A program made the translations under genes and the position numbers. Below the pieces are notes generated by a model that saw only the letters and a program-made list of their open reading frames with translations, did no database searches and was not told the origin of the DNA. From an uncultured delta proteobacterium (GTDB lineage Bacteria; Desulfobacterota; Binatia; UBA9968): a DNA stretch of 64,000 bases. This document shows positions 49,250 to 59,300 of the stretch, piece by piece (the stretch's first letter is position 1; the number at the start of each line of letters is the position of its first letter). The stretch covers positions 96,001-160,000 of the forward strand of contig CAVYTU010000014.1 in assembly GCA_963771465.1 (NCBI GenBank). Reading direction: 5' to 3'.

Positions 49250-50263
49250 ATGTCCGAAGCGCTCAAAGCGTTCGAAGAAGAACTCCAAGCAAAAAGTTTC
49301 AAAGGCTATTGGCAGAACCAGCAGGGCGATTTCAAGCGCGAACCGGTAGCGTCGTTCGATTCCTGTATGTGGAAAGGGAAAGATCTTTTCGCCGCCATGG
49401 AAAAGGCAGGCGACGTGGTCGGCCTCGACGTGTCGTTTCGCCGCGTCATTCAGATGTGGAATCCAGCGCTCAAAAACGGCACCACGCGGACCCTCGTGCT
49501 CAATCTCCAGATGCTCAAGCCCGGCGAAGACGCGCTGTCACACCGCCACATGGCCGGTGCGATTCGTTTCATCTTGAAAGGCCACGGCACGCGCTTGATC
49601 GTCGAGGGCGAGTCGTTTGAGATTGGCGAAGGCGATTTCGTCACCACGCCCAGTTGGACGTGGCATGATCACGAAAACCGCGGCGAGACGATGATGTGGC
49701 TCGACGGCCTGGACGCGCCGCTGGTGCGTTTGCTCGAAACCGATTTTCACGAGCCCGACCCGCGCCGCAAGCAAACCGTGACGAAGCCCGAAGGCTACAC
49801 GCTGGCCACGGTCGGCGCGCTGCGTCCGGCGTGGCTGAAGCAAGACTCAGTTCAACCGCCGGCATTTTGTTACAAGTGGGCGGACACGGAGCGAGCGCTG
49901 AGCAAAGTCGGCGAGCAGCCCGGCGATCCCTATGACGGCATCGTGCTCGATTATGCCAATCCGTTGACCGGCGGACCGACCTTGCCGACGATGGCCTGTC
50001 AGATTCACATGCTGCGCGGCGGTGAAAAAACCAAGAGCCACCGCCACACGGCTTCGGTCATTTACCATGTCTGGCGCGGCAGCGGTGTGAGCTACGTCGG
50101 CGACAAGCGCTTCGAATGGGAACAAGGCGACTCCTTCGTCGTGCCGCTATGGCAGAATCATCGCCATGAGAATACGTCCAAAGATCCCGCGATCTTTTTC
50201 GTCATGTCCGACAAACCGTTGATGGACGCCATCGGCCACTACCGCGAAGAAGCCGCGGCGTAA
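49250..50263 (+). CDS. Gentisate 1,2-dioxygenase-like bicupin
   Basis: HRH...AIRF, TPSWTWHDH, WLDGLD.P, YANPLTGG, second HRHT. Confidence 0.9.
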   Translation: MSEALKAFEEELQAKSFKGYWQNQQGDFKREPVASFDSCMWKGKDLFAAMEKAGDVVGLDVSFRRVIQMWNPALKNGTTRTLVLNLQMLKPGEDALSHRHMAGAIRFILKGHGTRLIVEGESFEIGEGDFVTTPSWTWHDHENRGETMMWLDGLDAPLVRLLETDFHEPDPRRKQTVTKPEGYTLATVGALRPAWLKQDSVQPPAFCYKWADTERALSKVGEQPGDPYDGIVLDYANPLTGGPTLPTMACQIHMLRGGEKTKSHRHTASVIYHVWRGSGVSYVGDKRFEWEQGDSFVVPLWQNHRHENTSKDPAIFFVMSDKPLMDAIGHYREEAAA

Positions 50264-50311
50264 CGCCGTTTCGCAATACTCGTAAGGCCACGGCGAAGAG
50301 GAATTCCGTTC

Positions 50312-51085
50312 ATGTTCACGCTCTCGCAAAAATTAAATCCCGATGAATTCATCAAGACCTTCTTCGAAGCCAACCGGCAGGATCATCAGCGGCCGGCCCA
50401 TCCGTGGGACGAGATTTTTCGTAACGGCAAGTGCAGCCGAGAGCAGCTGCAAGGTTGGGGCAAGGAACGCTACTACTTCACCAAGCAGGTGCCGATCAAA
50501 GAGTACTCGATACTCTATAATTGCCCGCACACCGACGTGCGCCGCAGGTGGCTGCCCAAAGCGATCGAGGAGGAGGGCGAAGATTTGATCGGCAAGTCGG
50601 GCAAACCCCATCCCGAATACTGGCTCGATGTCTGCGTCGGCATGGGCATGGAGCGCGACTTCGTCAAGCATTCAGAACCGCTCTACGGCGTCAAATTTGC
50701 CGTCGACAGTTTCGCCAACGCGGCATTCAAAACCTCTTGGCTGCTCGGCGTCGCCGTTTCCGAAGGCGACGATACGGCGAAAGCGATGTCCCGCGACTTG
50801 GATATTTTCCGCAAGCACTATCCATGGGTGCCCGACGACGCCTTAACTTTCTACAAACTGCACGCCGATGTTGACGTGGAGCATGGCCTGATCCGCAAAG
50901 AGATTTTGCAAAAATACGCCGATACCAAAGAACTGCAAGAAGCCTGCATCAACGCCCAGCTGATGAAAAATAATATGCGCCGGGTGATGGCCGACTGCAT
51001 CTACATGACCTACGTGGTGCAAGGCATGAAGGTGAACGAGAACGGCGCCGCCAGCGTCGGTGAAAGCGTAGTTCCGATCAATTGA
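50312..51085 (+). CDS. PqqC/CADD/TenA-like heme-oxygenase-fold redox enzyme
   Basis: HPW, RYYF, EEEG...HPEYW, SE, FYKLH..VD.EH putative diiron ligands. Confidence 0.8.
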   Translation: MFTLSQKLNPDEFIKTFFEANRQDHQRPAHPWDEIFRNGKCSREQLQGWGKERYYFTKQVPIKEYSILYNCPHTDVRRRWLPKAIEEEGEDLIGKSGKPHPEYWLDVCVGMGMERDFVKHSEPLYGVKFAVDSFANAAFKTSWLLGVAVSEGDDTAKAMSRDLDIFRKHYPWVPDDALTFYKLHADVDVEHGLIRKEILQKYADTKELQEACINAQLMKNNMRRVMADCIYMTYVVQGMKVNENGAASVGESVVPIN

Positions 51086-51178
51086 TAGACTCGCCGACTC
51101 TATCATCCTAAGCGCGAGCGAAGGATCGCTTGATCGAAAGCGGACCTTTTCAACGAATCGCATCGAACCAACATTCCG

Positions 51179-52150
51179 ATGAGATGCCGCATAAATTTTA
51201 TCCTCGCGCTAATTCTTCTGCTGACGGTGAATCATCCGGCCCACGCCGCCCCCGTGCGTATCGCCTACAGTTCCATCAGCGCCGCGATGCTGCCGCTGTT
51301 CGTCGCCAAGGACAAAAAGCTTTTCGATAAATATGGCGTCGACGTCGAACTCACCTACATTCGCGGCGTCGCCATCGAAGCTTTGATCGCCGGCGAAGTG
51401 CAGTTCGTGCGCGCCTCGCCGCCATCCGTCGTTCGCTCCACCCTGCGCGGCGCCGATCTCGCCGTCATCGCCAACACCATCAACGTCCCGGTCTTCTCTC
51501 TCATGACCCGCGCCGACTTGAGACGGCCCGAAGACCTCAAAGGCAGAAAGATTGGCGTGACCGGTCTCGGCGACTCACCCGATTTCGTTCTGAGCATGAT
51601 TCTTGAAAAGTTAGGCTTTCAGCGGAGCAGCGATGTCACAGTCCTGGCGATCCGCGGCGGCATGCCCGACTTGATGATCGCCGTGAGCAAAGGCTTCGTC
51701 GACGGCGGCATGATTTCTGCGCCGAGCAATCTGCGCGGCATCAAGCTCGGTTTGCGCGAATTGATCGACTCCGCCGATCTCGGCGTGCCGTATTTAAACT
51801 CACCGATGAGCACTCGACGCGCCTACATCAAAAGCAACCGAGACACCGTGCTCAGAGTTCTCCGCGCTTATTACCAAGGCGTGCAAGAAACCCACAATGA
51901 CCGCGAAGGCAGCATGAAAATCCTCGCCAAATACACCCGCGTCACCGAGCCGGAAATCCTCGCCGAATCCTACCGCATCTATGGCCAGAGACATTTGCAG
52001 AAGTCGATCAACGTAGATTTGGACGGCGTCCGGCAACTGCTGAAGCACATCGGCAAAGACGCTGCCGGCGCAAACGCGGCAAGCTTTGTGGATGCTTCGC
52101 TCGTGCAGGAATTGGAGAAAGACGGGTTCTTTCAGCAGAAGGCACGGTGA
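51179..52150 (+). CDS. ABC substrate-binding protein (NMT1/SsuA-like)
   Basis: Signal peptide, LFDKYGVDVEL, EDLKGRKIGV, FVDASLVQELEKDGF. Confidence 0.88.
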   Translation: MRCRINFILALILLLTVNHPAHAAPVRIAYSSISAAMLPLFVAKDKKLFDKYGVDVELTYIRGVAIEALIAGEVQFVRASPPSVVRSTLRGADLAVIANTINVPVFSLMTRADLRRPEDLKGRKIGVTGLGDSPDFVLSMILEKLGFQRSSDVTVLAIRGGMPDLMIAVSKGFVDGGMISAPSNLRGIKLGLRELIDSADLGVPYLNSPMSTRRAYIKSNRDTVLRVLRAYYQGVQETHNDREGSMKILAKYTRVTEPEILAESYRIYGQRHLQKSINVDLDGVRQLLKHIGKDAAGANAASFVDASLVQELEKDGFFQQKAR

Positions 52151-52311
52151 CTCAAGCATTCATCCCGTGCCACTGTTGAAGCTACGCTAACGGTTGAGTG
52201 CTGGGCGAGCTTGGAGTGGCCGCTTTCCGGCATGCCGAAGATAAGGTTGACAGCTGTGCCTGCGGTTGATAGCAGTGCAGTCAACCCAGCGATTCATTCC
52301 TTAATGCGACT

Positions 52312-53088
52312 ATGGAAAGCGTCGACGATAAATTTATTCTTTTCACCCAGCCCGGTTGAAGCAGTTGCCTAAGAACGAAAGAGTTTCTTTCGAAAAAAGG
52401 CATCGACTTCATCGCGCTCGATATCTTGAACGATCCAACGGCACTAGAGCGGCTGGGCAAATTCGGCGTGCGCACCGTACCGGTTTTGGCGAAAGGCGAT
52501 CAGTATATCTTTTGCCAGAACCTGGAAGATGTCGCCGAGTTCGTCGGCTTGCAAGGCAGTGGGCATACGCCGCTCCCGCCCACGGCATTGATGACGAAAT
52601 GGATCACAGTGCTACGCGCGGCCCAGCGCTACATTCGTCAAATCCCCAGCGACCGGCTGGCCGAGCGCGCGATCGATAATCGCGCTCGCTCGCTTCGACT
52701 CTTGAGCCACCACATCTTTCGCATCGGCGAAGCTTTTCTCGAAACCGCCATTGACGGCGTCGAATACCGGACCAACAATGCCAACGTCCCGCCGCCCGAG
52801 GACGGAACCTGTGCCGCCGCAGAGGAAATCGCCGCCTACGGTGACGCCGTTGTTGAGCGTCTTGAAAACTGGTGGAGCCAACTCGAGGACAAATCCTGCC
52901 AGCAACCGGTGAAAACATTCTATGGCACGCCGCCGATGCACCAGCTTTTCGAGCGCTCCACCTGGCACTCCGCGCAGCATACGCGCCAGTTGATGGCCGT
53001 GCTCGAGCGCTTCGGTATCGAGCCGCAGGGGCGACTCACGGCCGAAGATCTCGCCGGTCTGCCGTTGCCGCAAGGCCTGTGGGAATGA
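52312..53088 (+). CDS. Putative selenoprotein: glutaredoxin (UxxC)-DinB fusion
   Basis: ATG 52312 is in frame with the ORF 52426-53088 through TGA 52357-52359: MESVDDKFILFTQPG-U-SSCLRTKEFL...RTVPV; DinB His motifs HHIF and WHSAQH. Confidence 0.85.
52366..52402 (+). promoter_or_regulatory. Candidate bacterial SECIS hairpin
   Basis: TGCCT/AGGCA outer stem, CGAAAGA-GTT-TCTTTCG apical stem with loop G about 24 nt after the UGA. Confidence 0.6.
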
Positions 53089-53319
53089 CCAAGAGATAAA
53101 CGCCTGGCCGAAAAATGTTTCGTATAGACACCAAGATTAGAATCCTGCCTTTCGATTTTCTCTAAGCAATTAATCAGCTCGTAAAATTCTCGCCAAAGTC
53201 GGCACTCTGCAAACGATCTCTGCCATTGCTTGCCGAGATTTCCTCTTGAACTCGATCGTAAGCCTGTGCCATGTTGCGCCAAAGCCGTACGGCGGCTGCT
53301 ATTCGGAAGGGACGGTCGG

Positions 53320-54786
53320 ATGGGACTGACGCAAGAAGTTGCCCACTTTGTCGCGCGGACACGCTACCGGGATATTCCCAAAGAGGTCGTCCAACTGGCG
53401 CGAGGATTCATCCTGGATGGACTCGGCGTCGCCTTGGCCGGTTCGACCGATGAGTGCTCGCGCATCGTTCAAGCACAAATCCGGCAAATGAACGGCAAGG
53501 GCGAGTCGTCGATTGTCGGCACCGCGCTCTCAGCGCCGGCAGCCAAAGCGGCTCTGGCCAACGGCGTGGCCGGCCATGCGATGGATTACGACGACACCCA
53601 ACTGTCAACTTCCAAGGAAGCCGTTTACGGTCTTTTGACGCATCCGACGACGCCTGTGCTCGCCGCCGTGTTGGCGATCGGTGAGAAAGAAAAAATCAGC
53701 GGCGAGGAATTTGTTTTGGCCTATCTCTTAGGCGTCGAAGTCGAGTGCCGTATCGCCGATGCGATCAACCCACGCCACTATCAGTCTGGTTTTCATTCCA
53801 CCGCGACCATGGGCGGCATCGGCGCCGCCATGGCGGTGGGGAAAATCCTTCGTCTCAACGAGGCGAAGTTGATGCAAACGTTGGGCATTGCCGCCAGCAT
53901 GGCGTCGGGCTTGCGCGAAAATTTCGGCACCATGACCAAGCCGCTGCACGCGGGACGCGCTGCGGAGAACGGCGTGAGCGCCGCCTTGTTGGCGCGCGAC
54001 GGCTTCACGGCGGCGGCGAATATTCTCGAAGCCCGCCGCGGCTTTTTCAACGCCATGGCCGGCGGTTGCGACGAGAGCAAGATTACCGGGCGCCTCGGTT
54101 CGCCTTACTTTATGATGGAGCCGGGAATTTCCATCAAGCCGTATCCATCCGGCTCACTCTCCCACCCGGCGCAAGATTTGATTCTCGACCTGGTCAAACA
54201 GCATGATCTTGGCGTGGACGACATCGATCACGTCGAGGTCGGCACCAATTCCAACGTGCCCAACGCGCTGATCTATCCGATGCCCAAGACCGCGCTGGAA
54301 GGTAAATTCAGCATTCCATTCTGCATGGCGATCGCTATCCTCGAGCGCAAGGCCGGCATCGCCGAGTTTCAAGACCGCAAGGTGCGCGACAAGAAGGTCG
54401 TCGAATTGATGAAGCGAGTGACGCTCTCTGTCGACGATGAACTGGAAAAGCTCGGCTACGATCAGGTGCGTTCACGGATTCGCATCGGACTGAAAAATGG
54501 CCGGGTGATCGAAGGGCGCTACGATGTCGCGCGTGGACACCCGGAGAAACCGATGAGCTGGACCGAGTTGGGCGATAAATTTCGCGACTGCGCCGGGCTC
54601 GTGCTGGCGGATAAGGACGCCGAGACGGCGATCCAATTGGTCGCCCGCATCGAAGCACTGAAAAGCTTAAGACCCCTGTTCCGCGCTCTGACCAGCGGCG
54701 GGGTGAACGCAGCCAAAAAGTCTAAAACCACAAAACGCGGCAGTCAAAAGCGCCGCGTTGAATCGGTAAGGAGGAAAAGATCATGA
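53320..54786 (+). CDS. MmgE/PrpD family protein
   Basis: ANGVAGHAMDYDD, HP, GFHST, TMTKPLHAG, KPYP, GKFSIPF, RGHP. Confidence 0.93.
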   Translation: MGLTQEVAHFVARTRYRDIPKEVVQLARGFILDGLGVALAGSTDECSRIVQAQIRQMNGKGESSIVGTALSAPAAKAALANGVAGHAMDYDDTQLSTSKEAVYGLLTHPTTPVLAAVLAIGEKEKISGEEFVLAYLLGVEVECRIADAINPRHYQSGFHSTATMGGIGAAMAVGKILRLNEAKLMQTLGIAASMASGLRENFGTMTKPLHAGRAAENGVSAALLARDGFTAAANILEARRGFFNAMAGGCDESKITGRLGSPYFMMEPGISIKPYPSGSLSHPAQDLILDLVKQHDLGVDDIDHVEVGTNSNVPNALIYPMPKTALEGKFSIPFCMAIAILERKAGIAEFQDRKVRDKKVVELMKRVTLSVDDELEKLGYDQVRSRIRIGLKNGRVIEGRYDVARGHPEKPMSWTELGDKFRDCAGLVLADKDAETAIQLVARIEALKSLRPLFRALTSGGVNAAKKSKTTKRGSQKRRVESVRRKRS

Positions 54787-55799
54787 GAACAAAAATTTTT
54801 CTGACACTGATCGCCTTAGGCTGCTGGCTTTCCCGTGCTGCGGCGCAAGATGCCGCGCTGGTTCAGGCGGCCAAAAAAGAAGGATTGGTGGTTTGGTACA
54901 CTTCTGTGGCGCTTCCGACCGCCACGGCAATCGCCCATGGCTTCAAGGAGAAATATACGGGAATCGACGTCGAGGTCCATCGCACGGGATCGGAGCGGGT
55001 ACTGCAAAGATTTATGCAGGAAGCGGCGGCGGGAATAAAGAACGCCGATATCATTGACACCTCCGATGCCGGTCACTTCGAGCTTCTTAAGGGCAAAGGG
55101 ATGCTGCTCAAATTCACGCCCCAGGGGGTCGCTGGTTTTTCCGACGGCTTTAAGGACAAGGCCGGCTTTTACTACGGCATGCGGTCGACACTTTCGGTCA
55201 TCGCTCACAATCCCAAGATCCTGCCCGAAAAGGACGCGCCAAAAACCTGGAAGGATCTTTTAGATCCCAGATGGAGCGGTAAGCTGGTCACTGCCCATCC
55301 GGGCTACAGCGGCATAATCGTGACTCATGTGCTGGCGCTGGTGAATCTCTACGGGTGGGACTACTTTCGCGACCTGGCGAAAAACAAATTGCATATCGTT
55401 CAGTCGGCCCTTGATCCGGCCGGTATCGTCGCATCGGGGGAGCGGCCGGTGGGGGTCAACGGCGCGGAATATTTCTATTACAGAACCCAAAAACGAGGCA
55501 ATCCGATCAAGATCATCTATCCCAAAGAGGGCGTTCCGCTCATCGTCTCGCCAGTGGCGATTGTCAAGGACGCGCCCCACCCCAACGTCGCGAAGCTATT
55601 CACCGAGTATATTTTCGCCAAACAGTCGCAGCAGTTGTTGGCGGATAAAGAAGGCCTTTATACCGGTCATCCGGACGTCACGTATCCAGCGGACAAGCCT
55701 AAGCTCAAAGATTTAAAACTTCTGCCGCCGGACGCGGCCGAGCTGGAAAAGCGCAATGCCGAAATAAAAAAACGCTTCGTTGAAATTTTCGGCGCCTAG
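54783..55799 (+). CDS. ABC substrate-binding protein (Fe3+/AfuA-like family)
   Basis: AAKKEG.VVWYTS, PKTWKDLLDPRW.GK, APHPNVAKLF. Confidence 0.88.
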   Translation: MRTKIFLTLIALGCWLSRAAAQDAALVQAAKKEGLVVWYTSVALPTATAIAHGFKEKYTGIDVEVHRTGSERVLQRFMQEAAAGIKNADIIDTSDAGHFELLKGKGMLLKFTPQGVAGFSDGFKDKAGFYYGMRSTLSVIAHNPKILPEKDAPKTWKDLLDPRWSGKLVTAHPGYSGIIVTHVLALVNLYGWDYFRDLAKNKLHIVQSALDPAGIVASGERPVGVNGAEYFYYRTQKRGNPIKIIYPKEGVPLIVSPVAIVKDAPHPNVAKLFTEYIFAKQSQQLLADKEGLYTGHPDVTYPADKPKLKDLKLLPPDAAELEKRNAEIKKRFVEIFGA

Positions 55800-55813
55800 C
55801 AACGAAAACATTT

Positions 55814-57541
55814 ATGCCCGCTTCTCAAACCGGGACCCTCGATCGAGTCGGCCACGCGGGCTGGTCCGCGCTGCGATTCAAGGATCCGACCTTGCCCGTG
55901 TGGATCGGCGCGGCGCTGCTTCTAATCTTTTTGATGCTCTTGCCGCTGGGCGCAATTTTTCGCTCCAGCGTCTGGGGTGATACTGGGTTCACGTTCAGCA
56001 GATATCTTGAAGTCTTTACCAACCAACAATTTCTCAAGGCGATCTGGAACACCTTGATCATTTCCACCTGGGTGGGAGTGATCGCGGTGATCATCGGCGC
56101 TCTGCTCGCCTGGTTGGTGACGCGCACCGATTTGCCCTGGAAAAAACCGATCCGCGCGCTGGTGATGGCGTCGTTCGTGACGCCGCCGTTCCTGGGAGCG
56201 TTTGCCTGGACGTTGCTCGCCGGACCCAACGCCGGTTCGCTGAACAAACTCTACCGCGCCGTGACCGGTTCCGAAGAAGCGCTGTTCAATATATTCACCA
56301 TGCCGGGGCTGATTTTTGTCATGGCGCTCTACAGCTTCCCATTCGTTTTTTCCATGATCGCCAACGTCTGCGAGCTGATCTCGTCGGATCTTGAAGACGC
56401 CGCGGAGATATTGGGCGCGAACAAATGGCGCACGGCTTGGACCGTCACCCTGCCCTTGGCGCTGCCGGCGCTGATCAGCGGTTTCATCCTGGCTTTTCTC
56501 CAATCGCTGTCGCTCTTCGGCGCGCCGGCGATACTCGGCCTGCCCGCGGGCTTGCACACGATCACGACGCAGATCTGGACGCTGTTTCAATATCCGCCGC
56601 GCCTGGATATGGCTGCCGCTTTTTCCGTGCCGCTGCTGCTGGCGACGATGCTGTTGCTTGCCGTGCAAAAAAAAATCCTCGGGCGAAAAGGCTACAGCAC
56701 GGTGGGCGGTAAAGGCGGACAGAAACGTTTAATCCGGCTGGGCTGGGGCCGAATTCCAGTGCTGCTTCTCGTTTTTGGAATTCTTTCGCTCTCAGTCTTC
56801 TTGCCTTATTGGATTCTGCTTAAAGCGGCGCTCTCCAAAGCCTGGGCGCTGCCGTTAACCTGGGATAATTTTACGCTGCACAACGTTTACTTTAGTTTTT
56901 TCGAGTACGGCGATACTCAACTGGCGATCTACAATACGTTTAAATTGGGACTGATCACGGCGACCGTCGGCACGCTGTTGGCGACGCTCATCGCTTACAT
57001 CACCAATCGCAATCTGTTTCGCGGCGCGCGCTATCTGAGTTTTTTCGCGCTGGCGCCGCTGGTGATTCCCGGTATTGTTTTGGCCGTCGGTCTGTTCATC
57101 GTCTACACTCGGCCACCGCTGGTGCTCTACGGCACCCTATGGATTCTTTTCGTGGCTTTTTTAACTAAAGAAATGCCGATTGGATTTTCCCAGGCAGAGT
57201 CCACCTTCAAGAGCATTCACCCGGAGCTCGAAGATGCCAGCCGGATTATCGGCGCCAACCGGCTCATGTCCCTCAAAGATGTAACCGCGCCGCTGGCGCG
57301 CTCCGGACTGATCGCCGGGTGGTCTTTTATCTTCATCGGCGTCATCCGTGAGCTCAGCACCGCAATCCTGTTATTCGCGCCCAAGTCGAAAGTTGTTTCG
57401 GTGGTCATCTTCGATCTGAAAGAAGAAGGACAAGTGGGAGTTATCGCCGTTTTAGGAATTCTTTTGCTGGTGGTTTCCTTCGCGGTCATACTTGCGGTCC
57501 AGTGGTTCGGGGGACGGGACGTGATGGCGACGCGGGAATAG
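55814..57541 (+). CDS. ABC permease, FbpB-type
   Basis: LEDAAEILGA and LEDASRIIGA loops. Confidence 0.9.
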   Translation: MPASQTGTLDRVGHAGWSALRFKDPTLPVWIGAALLLIFLMLLPLGAIFRSSVWGDTGFTFSRYLEVFTNQQFLKAIWNTLIISTWVGVIAVIIGALLAWLVTRTDLPWKKPIRALVMASFVTPPFLGAFAWTLLAGPNAGSLNKLYRAVTGSEEALFNIFTMPGLIFVMALYSFPFVFSMIANVCELISSDLEDAAEILGANKWRTAWTVTLPLALPALISGFILAFLQSLSLFGAPAILGLPAGLHTITTQIWTLFQYPPRLDMAAAFSVPLLLATMLLLAVQKKILGRKGYSTVGGKGGQKRLIRLGWGRIPVLLLVFGILSLSVFLPYWILLKAALSKAWALPLTWDNFTLHNVYFSFFEYGDTQLAIYNTFKLGLITATVGTLLATLIAYITNRNLFRGARYLSFFALAPLVIPGIVLAVGLFIVYTRPPLVLYGTLWILFVAFLTKEMPIGFSQAESTFKSIHPELEDASRIIGANRLMSLKDVTAPLARSGLIAGWSFIFIGVIRELSTAILLFAPKSKVVSVVIFDLKEEGQVGVIAVLGILLLVVSFAVILAVQWFGGRDVMATRE

Positions 57542-57544
57542 CTC

Positions 57545-58633
57545 ATGGCCATAGTTTCGATACGAGGGCTGACTAAAAAATTCGCCGACGCCGCCGCGGT
57601 CGACGATCTCCATTTGGACATCGGCGACGGCGAATTCGTGTCGCTGCTCGGTCCGTCCGGTTGCGGCAAGACCACGACGCTAAGATTGCTCGCCGGCTTC
57701 TTGCAGCCCGACGGCGGGGACATCCGCGTCGGGGGTGAAGTTGTTTCATCGCCGTCCATCCTGGTACCGCCGGAGCGGCGCAACATGTCGATGATCTTTC
57801 AAAGCTACGCCGTCTGGCCGCACATGACGGTGGCGCAAAACGTCGCCTATGGCCTCAAATTCAAAAAACTTACGAAACAAGAAATCTCGGCGAAAGTTGC
57901 CACGCTGCTTGGCGTCGTGCGCTTGGCGGAGTTGAAAGATCGCTATTCCGCGGAGCTGTCCGGTGGCCAGCAGCAGCGGGTAGCGTTGGCGCGGGCGTTG
58001 GTGGTCGAGCCGCAGATTCTTTTAATGGATGAGCCACTGAGCAACCTCGACGCCAATCTGCGCGAAGAGATGCGCTTCGAGATCCGCCGGCTGCATGAAG
58101 AATTCAAAATTACCACCATCTATGTCACCCACGATCAGTCGGAGGCGATGGCGACCTCGGACCGGATCGCCGTGCTCAATCGCGGCCGTCTAGTTCAGGT
58201 CGGACCGCCGGCGGAAATATTCGACCGGCCGAAAACCCGGTTCGTTGCGGAGTTTGTCGGCAAAGCGAATATCTTGAGTGGACGCCTCGACGGCGATGGC
58301 CGGTCAATTCTATCCGACGGCGTAAAAATTCGCCTGGCTGACGGCGGCGATGTCGCGCCGGCGAGCGAAGTGTCGGTGTGCTTGCGTCCGCATAATATCC
58401 AGCTGGTCGCCGGGCAAGAAGCAGCGCGGCAGCTGACCGATCAAGGTTACAATCTCTTCTCCGGTGTCATTCGCCGCTCGATCTATTTCGGTGACGCGGT
58501 CGATTATACGGTCGAACTCCCTTCGGGGAGAATTTTACACGTCATCGCGCCGCCGTCCCAACGATTCGAGCCCGGCCAATCGATATGCGCGGCAGCCGAT
58601 CCCGAAAATTGCGTCGTCGTGCGTGAAGATTGA
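57545..58633 (+). CDS. ABC ATP-binding protein (FbpC/PotA family)
   Basis: GPSGCGKT, LSGGQQQR, MDEP, VTHD, C-terminal TOBE-like region. Confidence 0.95.
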   Translation: MAIVSIRGLTKKFADAAAVDDLHLDIGDGEFVSLLGPSGCGKTTTLRLLAGFLQPDGGDIRVGGEVVSSPSILVPPERRNMSMIFQSYAVWPHMTVAQNVAYGLKFKKLTKQEISAKVATLLGVVRLAELKDRYSAELSGGQQQRVALARALVVEPQILLMDEPLSNLDANLREEMRFEIRRLHEEFKITTIYVTHDQSEAMATSDRIAVLNRGRLVQVGPPAEIFDRPKTRFVAEFVGKANILSGRLDGDGRSILSDGVKIRLADGGDVAPASEVSVCLRPHNIQLVAGQEAARQLTDQGYNLFSGVIRRSIYFGDAVDYTVELPSGRILHVIAPPSQRFEPGQSICAAADPENCVVVRED

Positions 58634-58664
58634 CGCGGCACAGCCGCAATTGAAATTCGGATTA

Positions 58665-58795
58665 TCTCGCGCGAAGCATGTCCTGAGCGAGGTCGAAGGG
58701 ACGCAAAGACCGCAAAGGTCATAACGGTAAAAAAATTCTCCAGACAATTCATCTCTTGCCTCCGAACCTGGCGTGATTTGCGCCTTGGCGGGAGT
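58665..58795. repeat. Composite REP-like element
   Basis: TCTCGC..GTCCTGAGCGAGGTCGAAGG..CGCAAAGACCGCAAAG and an inverted TGGCG..TTTGCGCCTTGGCGGGAG arm. Confidence 0.5.
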
Positions 58796-58948
58796 CAATT
58801 CCCCGTGCTCCAGTATTCCAGATCACTGGTAAATTTGCTCCTTTCCGCAGATGCCCGGCGGCCGGTTGTTGTAGGGGAAGGATTCGGGTAGAAATTGTCA
58901 GGCTTTGGTTTCGATTCATCGTCTCTGCCCAACTAGAATAAGCAATTC

Positions 58949-59154
58949 GTCAGCGAACCAGAAATCCTCGCCGAATCCTACCGCACGGCCAGAAACATCT
59001 GCAGAAATCGATCAACGTCGATTTGGAAAACGTCAGACAACTGCTAAAAACTCTCGGTAAAGAAGCCGCTGGCACAAACGCGAGCCAGTTTGTCGACCCG
59101 TCGTTGGCGCAGGAATTGGAACGCGAAGGCTTATTTCAGAGCAAAAATCGCTGA
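58949..59154 (+). pseudogene. 3' remnant of a paralog of the 51179-52150 SBP gene
   Basis: VSEPEILAESYR..KHLQKSINVDL..VRQLLK..FVDPSLAQELEREGLFQ aligns by eye to 51941-52150; small deletion near 58985. Confidence 0.85.
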
Positions 59155-59300
59155 TCTCGATTGACACCCAAACAAAGCGGTGCCGCTGGTTATCGAAGCT
59201 ACGATACATTTGACCAAGGTAAGGCAATGCTGATAATTTCCCTTTTGAATTCATTCTCATTGAAAGTATTTTATCGATCTTCAACTAACCCGAGTCGCAC

